Assembly (NCBI GenBank): GCA_027604505.1
Contig: JADIIX010000001.1
Span: forward strand, 310,001-374,000
Source: Gonapodya sp. JEL0774
Lineage: Eukaryota
Direction: 5' to 3'
Length of the DNA: 64,000 nt
Below the pieces are notes generated by a model that had not been told where the DNA came from, did no database searches, and worked only from the letters and a program-made list of their open reading frames with translations. The translations under genes and the position numbers were made by a program. Of the stretch, positions 23,212 through 36,282 are shown one piece after another. Position 1 is the stretch's first letter. The number at the start of each line of letters is the position of its first letter.

Positions 23212-25947
23212 ATGGAGCCTTTCGAGTTCCGCTCGGAAACCGCTCTCTCTACCTCCGCATCCCTGCTCCACATCGCAAAGGACATTTCACTCCTACAACA
23301 AAACCGGAATCGATGCAAGAGACTCTTAGCCCGAGCGACTACTGTGCACGACAAAATCGCTGCTACTCTTAAAATTTCCGGACACGCGGCACGGGTGGGG
23401 CCCGATTTCGAAAATTTGATTTCAGATTTTGAGAGGTGATCCTACTTTCATAACTAGACAATACTTTGCAAAACCCAGTTCTGATCTTTCAACCTCCTCG
23501 AATCTCCTATGTGAAGCCTCCTCGAAGAGATGAGAGTTTGTTTCTCAAATCTCGCAGGAGACAGGTCTCTGTCTATGGTGCCATTCCAGTCCGAAACACT
23601 TCTCGAAGTCCGTTCGTTGAACCACCGGCTCTACTATATGCACTGTGATTTGCAGGTCTGATGTTGGACTTGCATTCTTGCGGGCTCCTTCTCTGACCAG
23701 TCTGGAACAATAGGCTGATGTGTCCACATGGGAGGCTGATGACCTGGCGGACATCCGAGCGGATGTCAACGACTTTCATTCTTACCTCGACACTCTCCAG
23801 CCAGCTGACCGCGAGCTCCTCAAGCACATCGAATCTCTGTTAACGGACACGGCTCGGCAAGCCCCAGAGAAGTTTGGGCTTCCACCGTGGCACTTGCCAA
23901 CACAAACTGTTCTGGTGGAGCGATATATTGGCGGAGGATCTTTCGGTGAAGCGTATGAGGGCTATTGCAAATTTGCTCCTGGTCCCGTTTGCGTGAAACG
24001 ATTGAACATTGGACGGTTGTTGATTGATCGGGACGTGAGTGTTGGAAGTTGATGCCAGCCGGAGCATTCCCAGAGCCAAATGCAATGAAGGAACTGCCAA
24101 CACATACTACCAGGATCTTGCTGGCGAGATTGATATCTGGGCTCGTCTCCATCACGCTAACGTGGCTACCCTCCGTGGCGCCTGCCTTGACGCCGACAGA
24201 CCATTTTTAGTGACAGATTATTTTCGCAATAGTAATCTGACGGAATATCTTCGGAACCATCCAGGGGTGGACAGGTTAGATTTGGTGCGTGCTCCCATTT
24301 TCTACTGTCCTCCGTCAATGGTGACAGCAATTGACCGTGCAAACACACGCTTAGATTTCTGATATCGCTAAAGGAATCAATTTTCTGCACCAAAGGGGTA
24401 TCATTCATTCCGCACTCATTCCGTCAAATGTGCTCATCTCTGACTCTGGCCGTGCAGTTGTGAGCGACTGGGGTTTCCTGCGCCTAAGAGCTCTTACCTC
24501 TCGGAGAGCAGAACGCACGGAGGGGAGACAAGCTGTTTCCATGCCACCGGAGCAAATTGCAAGCACGGAAGAAGTACCATCGCGAGCGGGTGATGCTTAT
24601 GCGTTTGCTATGCTTTGCTATGAGGTGATAGGGAGAGACTACTCGTGACGATTCTGGACTAAACCCTCGTCACTCTTGGCAGTTGTGGTCCAACAAAGTA
24701 CCATTCGAAGGAGTCCCTCCGTATGCATTAGTTTACCACGTTGTTAAGCAAGGCCACCGACCGCACATGGATGACCTGGTTATGCCTGAAGCTCTGCGTG
24801 TCCTGATACGCCGTTGTTGGGACCAAGATCCGTCTCTACGCCCTACATTCTCGTACATCGTCGCAGAAATGATGCAAATCCGGTTCGTGTTCCTTTGTGG
24901 GGTGTGATATGATGATGACATGACTTTACCCCCGAATTTGTCCTGTGTCTTGAAGCTCGTCTCCTCAATCAGTTGTGTCTCCTTTCTCCATGGTACGGCC
25001 GATTTCTCATCCTGAGTTCGGAATGCACAATTCCGGTGATGTCCCCTACCAGAGCATCGCAACCGATGGTGGCTCACACCACAACAAAAGGCATTCGATG
25101 ATCTTCGGAAGCAAGGTGCGTCGCTGTAGCTTGCTTCACGTTCGTTGCAAGTCACGTTCCAAGTGTACGTTACAAGTTGTCTGAGCGCTTTCTGTTCAGG
25201 CCCACCCGTTCTTTCGCTACGTCGCGGAGCCTCAGGGCTTGCTCGGCCAAAAGACAGTGTATTACAAAGGACGCCCCCTGGTGGTTGAGGAAAGCGTGAG
25301 TGACTGTTAAAGTTGTTGATATGTCGACGTAGGTCCGAGTGAGCAGCTCGCCTTCAGTTTGAACCGTCAACCGAAGGAGATCTGAGGCTTCAAGTTGGAG
25401 CAATGGTGGCGCCCGTGGAAGTATTTCCTAACGGCATGATTGAAGGGCTCAGTCTGGATTCAGGAGAGTATGGAAGATTCCCTGCGTGAGTGATAAGTAT
25501 TCTGGACGAAGTGGTGTGAACTTGGTCCCCACGATCCGTTGTCGTGTTCGAAGTGATTGCCTTCGTTTACCTGGAGGAGATCGAAAGCAGGTGGACAATC
25601 GCAGTCTCAAATCTTCTCGATCTGCACGCACCGCACCCGTATCTCCACAGCGTCGAAGTGGGTTATGGGCACTTGGACCAGCAGCCAGTCTTGATCGAGG
25701 TTTCCAGTCCCCTCGTCGAACTGACAATACAACTAATGCCAGGCCAATCAGCCGGCTCAGCTACTTCGATAAGCCGAGACCTCAAACTCCGAGCAGTTTG
25801 GGCTCGGAGAAAAGGAATGCACCGAATAGGAGTCAGAGCAGGCAAAGCTTTTTGGACACCAGTGTTGGCTCTGAACTTCGAAACATGTGGGGTGGGATCA
25901 AGGCATTGTTTAAAAAGGATAAACAAAAGCGTCTGGATGCTATCTGA
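23212..25947 (+). CDS. MLKL-like protein: N-terminal four-helix bundle + brace + TKL-type pseudokinase + degenerate SH3 + basic tail
   Basis: NTD: QQNRNRCKRLLARA...DFE|SLLEEMR...LNHRLYYMHCDLQ. Brace: WEADDLADIRADVNDF. Kinase: IGGGSFGEAY, VCVKRL, EIDIWARLHHANV, IIHSALIPSNVL, SDWG, MPPEQ, DAYAFAMLCYE, CWDQDPSLRPTF. SH3: FEPSTEGDLRLQVG...GLSLDSGEYGRFP. Multiple GT-AG introns keep the frame. Confidence 0.8.
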
Positions 25948-27085
25948 ACTTATGTTTCTCTGGGGGCGTATCCACAACGAACAAATGAGTGCCGGAGGGG
26001 AGAGCTGGAAGTAGTTGCTTGCGTATTTGTACTAAGCTTATTGTTTTATGCTTACTGTTGTACTCAAACCATGTCGTGATACTGTACAGCTGATGTCGCA
26101 ACATAAGCTATGTACTGACGGTCCAGCAGCATGAGCCAACCCTTGAGCCAGTTTCACCTTATATGTCTTCCCCATACCCCCAAGAATTCACGCATTCCAT
26201 GACCTCTATTCTAGTCACACCTGCAGATGTTTTGTTGCCTTCGCCCTCCTCTCGTGCTTCAAGCATGGAGAAGAATCTTCATGGTGTCATACGCTGCGAG
26301 ACTTCCCCAGTGGTGAATCGCAAGCCCCAAACACCACCGCTCTCCATTGGCAAAAGAAGGGCTAAGATTGGGAGCAAGGTGAGCTTGCATGGAACAACCG
26401 AATGGTACCAGCTCTCGGCGGCGTATTCCTTGTCACATGCGCCAATTCTCATCAATTGGCGTCATGATTTAACCTCTTCCACTTTCCCCATCTGCAGATG
26501 TATCATCCCATTGACTTTATTAAACCCGCGGGCGTAGCGAGAAGGGAGACCACACAGGGGACCGCCGTTCCGACAATGAACCAAAGCAGGGAACCATTCT
26601 GCAAGAGCACCAATACCAATGGCAATGTAGGCTGTCAACTCTTGCCTTTGCGTGATCGAGAAGATCTTTTTTTATCCCGACTATCTGAGGAACCGCGACT
26701 GGTGCGTGGCCCATTGAAATTTGGTGGATTTACCCATTATCCCCCCCCTCCTTAGTGCTGCCTGCCCCTGATACAAAGCCTGAGATTTCTTCCTGGGTGC
26801 ATTCTCCGGGGCCGCAGTGTTTGAGGAGATTCGAGCACGAAACCTGATAGGAGACAGCGCATCGTTTGTGAAATCCCAAATCTAACCCAATGTTACCTTG
26901 CTCCTGTACAGCTATCTCCACTCACATCAAGGGCCCTTACACCCCCCCCCACACCCCCTACGCCATGCTCGTCGTCCAATAATCTCAGTCCCTCCTTCTT
27001 CTCGGACATCGGCATCAAATCTTCCAGTCTTCAGTCCATTCCCCGTTCCGAAAACGAGAAGAACAGCCAGACCGTCCTGCGCCTC

Positions 27086-27880
27086 GTGCCGCTGGCGCGG
27101 GGCCACCCCCTCCGCCCATTAGACGAGCTATTGGGGAGGTCACGACTTGCTTTTAGGACTGTATCCCAAGCCCAAAGTCTTCTAAATGCGGCTCTTAGTC
27201 GGCTCGAAGAAGTCAAGCTCTCTCTATCAGCGGCGAAGAAAGCCACCAAGGATTCTCACACTGCTTCGGTCTTGGCGATGAATGAACTTTCGAGTCTATG
27301 GGTGTCCTTGAGTTTATCACCAGACCGCAGACTCAGTCCTTCCGCGGCGGTTGCGGTTTCTCAGTCTACCCTGCCCCGAAACATAGCCGGGCAACTTCTC
27401 TCGGTGGCATCCCGAACCAAGTTGCTCGACACTGAACGGGCAGCATGGGAAGCGGATTGCACGTTGAGGTTAGCTCATCAGGAAGAACAGACACTCTTCC
27501 AATTATGGAAGCAACGAGTGAATGAAGTCAGAAGGGAAGAAGAACTGGTGGATAGGCGGACCGCAGAATTGGATGGTTTGATGAAGGCGCTTGAGAAAGA
27601 GCTGATCAGGTGCAGGGAACAAGCAGTCATCTACCGTGAATTGTCGGCATTGTCCACAGGATGTCACTTCCCTGTGTTGGCGGAACGATCAAATGGATTT
27701 ATGGATACAGATCCGAGTTCAAACGATGTCTCCGACAAGCACAGGCAGGACTCGGTTCCTTGTCCCCCAAAATCCTCTTCCTCCCACGATAGCTTCTGGT
27801 CCCATCACATGGCATCCGCCGCCGAGCCCGGTGAGAACACAACCACTCATCCATCTTCCGGCGTTTACGTGCATATCTAA
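27086..27880 (+). CDS. Hypothetical coiled-coil protein (last large exon; upstream exons probably from about 26265)
   Basis: 264-aa ORF with helical E/K/R/L-rich segments (VNEVRREEELVDRRTAELDGLMKALEKELIRCREQ). No family recognised. Confidence 0.45.
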   Translation: MPLARGHPLRPLDELLGRSRLAFRTVSQAQSLLNAALSRLEEVKLSLSAAKKATKDSHTASVLAMNELSSLWVSLSLSPDRRLSPSAAVAVSQSTLPRNIAGQLLSVASRTKLLDTERAAWEADCTLRLAHQEEQTLFQLWKQRVNEVRREEELVDRRTAELDGLMKALEKELIRCREQAVIYRELSALSTGCHFPVLAERSNGFMDTDPSSNDVSDKHRQDSVPCPPKSSSSHDSFWSHHMASAAEPGENTTTHPSSGVYVHI

Positions 27881-28213
27881 ACCTCGGTTCTGGAGGGTGT
27901 GGTGTGGTTAATCATTGTGTGTTTGGAACATTGCATGAATTGATCGTTTTCTTGCCTCGGCTCTTGCTCACTAATAGTAATGCAGTATGCACGTAGTCTC
28001 TCAAATTTAATTCCAAGGATATGAATCTTAGTTATGTAAACAGAGATCTTCTGCCGCACACCCTGGTGAGAATGGACAGAACGCACTGAATGACGTCAGT
28101 TATTAGTGTGGCAAACGGATTGATTCCATGCAGAAGTTTGTTTTCAGCTTGCTATAAAACCAATTTGTTTCTACTATTCAAGAATCCTTTCCATAAGCAT
28201 CTGGAGAAGAATC

Positions 28214-29403
28214 ATGGTGTCCCCACTCGTTCTCGTCATGTACCTCTCCCTCCCCATTATCGCGCAAGCACTCGCCCCTTCGATCGGCACTTGCGCAGGA
28301 CAGGAGCTTTCGGATGGAGCGTGAGAGCACTTTAGGCGGTGTTATGAACTCCTAGTGTCTTCACGATTAATGCATCCCCTCCTTCTACCAGTTACGCAGC
28401 CGTTTGCACAATGGATGTTTCCATGGCCGCTACGGGGACCTTCCTCAAAGGATCTAACACTACTACAAAGCTGACTCTCACGCCAAATGCGGTTGGCCCC
28501 AACATGATCAAGTTCACGAACACAGTAAGAGTTTACCGAGCGAGCGAGGAAAGTCAATCTAAACAGCGCTTAATGAACCCTCAGGATCTGCAAGACGGTT
28601 GGACTGGAGTGTACGGGCAGGATTACGTAAGAAGTGGAGATGAACGCCGGTGCTAAATAACTGCTTTGTGTATCATCCCTTAACAGCACGCTGAACCCAT
28701 AGGCGCGTTTCTCTCAGCTGCTTGTTTACAACGTCCCATTTAACCTCGCTTCGGTTCAAGTATCGACCAACCTTCTTCCAGCCCAAACGTCGGAGGTGCC
28801 GAACCCATCATGGGCCAGTTGCCGTTACGGGGCAGACGGGTGCCCCGCACCACCGGCTGGTGGAGCAAGCCAATCAATTGGGGTGGTGCAAGTTCTCAAT
28901 TTGAGGTACGACAACAGGGTGTTTTGGAGTGTAGACTTGTACTACTAGGTGTGAGTTTTTGTGGAGATATGAGGCAGACGAAGGACTGGGGAATTGAGAC
29001 GGGGTTTGAAGAATGTAGACACAGATTCAATTTGGAGATCAATTCAAATTTTCGACAGACTCACTGCTCCTACTACGTTGTGATCCCTGCTTATGCCGTG
29101 TCTGAATACCAGTCTGTTCGAAATGCTGAATGCTTTTCATTTCACTGATGTCCGCTGCTCACTGAATCCATTCGCAAAACAAAGAATGTCGCATCATCTT
29201 ACAAAATCACGATGTGGCTGGAATGCGGATTCTGTATCCGTATGTGGAAGCTATGTGCGTTCCCATTACATTTGATATCAACTCATTGCTGGACCTGCTA
29301 ATGTGAGAACAGTTCTTCAGATCAATGTAGGAAACACACGTATCTCTCATGTGTGATTTCGATTTCAAGAACTGCCGACGGTGTGAAGGAGCTGGCCAAG
29401 TGA
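28214..29403 (+). CDS. Small secreted hypothetical protein, multi-exon; 3' end uncertain (29083 or about 29403)
   Basis: MVSPLVLVMYLSLPIIAQALAP signal-like N-terminus. In-frame exons ...ELSDGA|YAAVCTMDVSMAATG...KFTNT|DLQDGWTGVYGQDY| are bounded by GT-AG introns. Confidence 0.5.
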
Positions 29404-30542
29404 ATTCGAAGGGTGATTCGCTTGAGGAACTGACAGCCGACTGCGGATGACAGTCAACAGTCTGAGTCCCAGACTTAAAACTGAACATTCCGCACCATGA
29501 AGGCAACAAAATGGCAATGGCTGTGAGCGTTGGACTCCCCATTGAACTTGTGATGAAACATTCGTTGACGCTGGTTGTCCCGAACTACAGAGATTACACG
29601 CACCCCTTTTGCAGTGAAACGCATGTATCTCCAAAATAATCCGTCTTTTCCCATGCCCAACATCAAATTCCTGCTCAGTGATAATAGTGTGTGGAGGTAA
29701 GGCTTCATTTTTGTCCCTTCTGCTCTGTTGGGAGTGTCCAGAGGCGATTACTTCAACACTACTTCGAAATCAATTCAGTACAAAAAGTAAGTTGCCTATT
29801 GCACCATTAAGTCAGACTGATATTACCATTTTTTGTAGTCTGGTTGCGGAGACGTCAATGTTGGCAGTTGGCAGATCGGGTGGAATGTGGGTGCACAACC
29901 AGCCAACCTTTCTTGGTACCCTCTCGACTTTTGCCCCGCTCATATTATGCTGCCTTTGTTCGCAGTGTGGAGAAACGAAATGGCTCGTCAAAACCGCCCA
30001 AAGCTTTACAGCACCCCTCATAGCAGTAATAATAAATGGTGCTTGATTCATTCTCACCTTCGCCAAATATTTTCGACGTACAGGACAGGTTTCTTGAACA
30101 GCTCCGAAAGGCACACACTTGCGCTTTCTCAACCTTTGCATTCAGCACGCCGTCCCAGCACTTTTAGATTTTCTTGCGAACAGCCGTACAGTAACGGAGG
30201 CGCAGTTTCTAGTAACTGGATGCGGGAGGGCCGCCTTCAGAATCCTGTGAGTATTTCAAACAATATCGTTGCCTTATCATTTGAACTGGTTGTGTGGCAT
30301 TGATGCGAAGATTGGTCGGGGCATCCCCCCCTCCGCCATTTTGGTGTCGTTTCGGTACGGAGAAACCGAAAGCGAAATTCCGGAGCAAATCGTTCATACT
30401 TCTCAGTATATTAACTTGATCTCATCTGATTCAAAGGCGTCATCTCGAATCCATACAATCCTCGTCTTCTTTCCTGGAGGGTGGAAAGAACTACCATCCC
30501 GTAGTTGATATACTTCGTGTCTTCCAAATTTTCACGGTACAA

Positions 30543-32732
30543 ATGGGCATAGCCGACAAACTCGTACCTCTATTGGAGAATCTCCTGAGTTTCGCCCAAT
30601 CCAATCCCACCGTGGCATTCCTGGACCTCGTAGTGGTGGTTGCTTTTGGGACATGGTTGATTCACCTCTATGAATCGCTCATTGTCTCACCTCTGAGGAA
30701 AGTTCCTGGGGACATTTACTACGTTATTTTCGGTGGCGTGAGTTTAGTATACCTCAATTCGGCAATGGCTGAGCTGTGTTCACGTATCTCCAACCACCAC
30801 TCCCAGCTCGCACTGGGATACGAACGTTATTTCCTGATGGGCGGGGACGTGCCTCATATGGTTCGAAACCTACAGCATTATAAATATGGGTATGTAAACC
30901 CACTTCCTGTTTCACGAATGTCCACTCTGCAATACTTTGCGTCCACCGTCCCAGGCCCGTTGTGCGGACAGGACCTAAAAGTGTCTCTGTAGCCGGTGAG
31001 CAAGCAGCGTTATAAGCATGAAATTCTGTGGGCTGAAATCAAGGTTTCGTCACCTTCCATTAGATCCTGAAATCGCGAGGGACGTGTTGTTGAATCAAGA
31101 TCTACCAAAAGTGCGTACTCTAGTGAATTGGGCAGGCTCCTCTCACGTCTCATATTTATTTGCTATGTCTAGTCAAATTCTGCTCAGATGCTTTTCGGCC
31201 CGCTCCACCCTGACGCCCTCGTGGTTCTCACCGACAAACCGCACCATAAGATGATCCGCCGATTCTTCTCCCAGCGCTTCTCCATTTCTGGCATTCAACA
31301 AATGGAACCGCTGATGCAAATAATCTTTCGTAACGCTGAAACAAAATTGGACTTGCTCATCAAGGAGGGTCAGCGGGTGGACATGTGGGATCTCTTGCAT
31401 TGTATTGGAATTGACGTCATTGGAATCACAGCCTTTGACCAATCTTTCCACGCTGGTATGTTGCGCCCAAGGCAAGTAGTGGCGATCTTGACTACAGTTT
31501 GACGATTACTCCTTCACAGTCGAAAACGGCCACCACGACACCGTTGGCGGCATGGTTGAATCCATGTTTAAATGGCTCTCCCGCACCGCCTCGTACCCAC
31601 TTATCCGCTCTCTCCCTCTACCATCCAACGCCGTGGCGCAAAAAAAGCTCGCTTTCTTGCAGGACTTTTGCCGCAAGATTATCAAGGAGCGTCGCCAACT
31701 GGGACACAGGAAGAATGACGTGCTGGATTTGTTGGTCGAGGGGAAGCTTCCGGACTCGGAGGAGGGTTTGCCAGAAGGACAAATTGTCAACGAAATGGTG
31801 AGCTGGCTCAACTTCTACCCAGTTCATCCGGAGGTCTAAATTTTGGTCATATTTCGTTAGATGGGTGTTTTGACAGCTGGTGCCGATTCCACAGCCACCG
31901 CCATGTCGTTTTTGATGATTGACCTTCTTTGGAATCCACACTACATGGCAAAGGTGAGCCAGTTCCCAGAGCACCCTTTACGCGATGGGAGCCGACCTGT
32001 CCATGCATAGGTTGTCGACGAACTTCTCCGAGCCGACCCCGACCCCAAAACTGGCCTCCTCCTTGCCTCTCAAGTCAAGGATTTCCCCTGGTTCAATGCT
32101 TGTATCAAAGAAAGCCTGCGTATGAACACTGGTAGAGACTTCCAGCGGGTAGCGCTCGAGGAAGGGACCTTGGTGGGACCATACTATATGCCCGCAGGCA
32201 CGGAGGTGAATGTGTCGGTTAGTGTGCTGAATTCTATAATCTGTTATAGGGTGTCTGAAGTGGTGAATGGTTTTCGTGTCTTTCAGCGATATTGCCTTCA
32301 CCGGGGCCCGTGGTGGCGAGACCCAAACACATTCGTCGCTGAGCGTTTCCTGCCAGCTGACTTGGGCGGTATGACTGACACTCCTTCAGAGGAGCTGGGA
32401 GCATATGCGCCTTTCTCCCTGGGGTCCCGGAGTTGCATTGGCAAGAACTTTGCTTACCAGGAAATCCGGGTGATGATCGCCAACTTGTAAGTTCTCAATC
32501 ATGCTGCCGTATGTGATGCTTTCCTCTTATGGCGAATTCGATGGTGCTTTGAAGGCTCCGTCTCTACGATTTCGAGGACGTTGCTGGCCAAGACACCCGA
32601 CAAGGATTGTACATCACATTGATGCTCAAGAACCCTCACTACTTTGTGAAACCTAGGCGACGGACGCCTGCGGAGATTGAGGCGTACAGGGCAACCCCGC
32701 TTCTGGCCACCGGCAAAACGAAAAGAAAATGA
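30543..32732 (+). CDS. Cytochrome P450, multi-exon
   Basis: N-terminal TM and PLRKVPG; I-helix LTAGADSTA; ExxR CIKESLR; FVAERF; heme motif PFSLGSRSCIGKNFA. Stop TGA 32730-32732. Confidence 0.92.
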
Positions 32733-33463
32733 GGCCTTATGTTACACCATGTAGTTGACACAGCTCCAATTATCCTTGCACTCTAACGTATGTTACCACA
32801 TTTTCATGGTGCAAACCAGAGCTACAGCACTTCATTCACGGAGATTGACTGTTCGCAAGAGGGCCTGTAATATATATGCGTTCAGCAACAAACGCGGTAC
32901 CTTTCGATACTCTGATAAATGTGCAGTACATAATCTTGGGCGGTATGTACCACTAGAGCCATATGTCCGAAATATAATAAGAGGTGGCCAGAAATCTGAG
33001 GTGGGACGGGACGCGTGGTCATGTTCTCTGGTGAAGAGCTGATGTATTTACAGAGTTAGGCTTCTCAGATTGGAGTTTAGCCAATCGCCCACACTATTTT
33101 GGGAGAATAAATATTGACATTTGAAAACGAACTTCAATCGGCGGTTTTACCGGTGCTGTTGGCAGGAGAGCCTTGATCACTGGTCCAAAACAGACCGAAT
33201 CAATAAAGATAAATGGTATCACTCTTAATATTACATTCCGCCCTGGATGCTGAATTTTCAGAACCGCGGGTGACCTCTGGGAGCTGAGGTTTTGTACACC
33301 GAGGTTTTGTCGGCATGAAGGCGGCAAAATTCCGGGGCCCCACAAAAACCAAAAGGTGTGTCGGATCACCCTCTTCCGAAAACTGAAACACGTCTGTTTG
33401 TCAAAAGATCCATATCACCGCTTTTCTCCACCAGTTTATCTCACTCATCTCACCAACCAAGAA

Positions 33464-35619
<2,156 letters not shown>

Positions 35620-36282
35620 ATCTAGTGTTCGACAATTTGAGTGTCACTTCTGAAACGACTGTTCCATCGGTGTAAAATATGAGAAAAAAATGTCTTGCCA
35701 GATTTGACGAAGAACCGAAAAGTGGTGCTCCATTAGATTGCAACCAACTTTGAATGTGGAGTCTCCAGTCTGTGCTATCTTTTGCGAGTGTTATGACGAT
35801 AGAGGTGTGACAATGATGCCGACCGATATCTTCCTGGTATTGCGCATCAATATCTGAAACCCGAGGTGGGCGCTCACGGGTAGTGCTCCATTGAAATTTG
35901 AATGAATGTTTCTGACTCATTCCAATCAACAAATGGAGACATGTATATTTATATGTATGTATATTCATATCAAACACAGTTTGCATCGATCATCCAAACC
36001 GGCATCGAAGCTGGAATTGAGCAGATTCCGAGAACACAATATCGATTGAAGTCCTTTCCCAAGGGCTGCCGCAGTGGACGTGGTTGTTGGAGAGGATCAT
36101 ACAGAAGAACCCTCATTCGGACCACGTCACGATTCCTGAGAGTTGCGTTGACCCGCCCAGTACCGGATCTCGTGGCATGCAAAACACCGTATCGGGACTC
36201 AATTGATTGCATCGACGTGGTAATCCGCTTCAACTCAAGGCTTGTGGAACTCCACCTTTCCCCACCTTCTTCTCGCGTTCCG

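Noticed and set aside
29450..30500. Several 60-140 aa ORFs between the secreted orphan and the P450
   Set aside because: No recognisable motifs or coherent exon chain; treated as intergenic.
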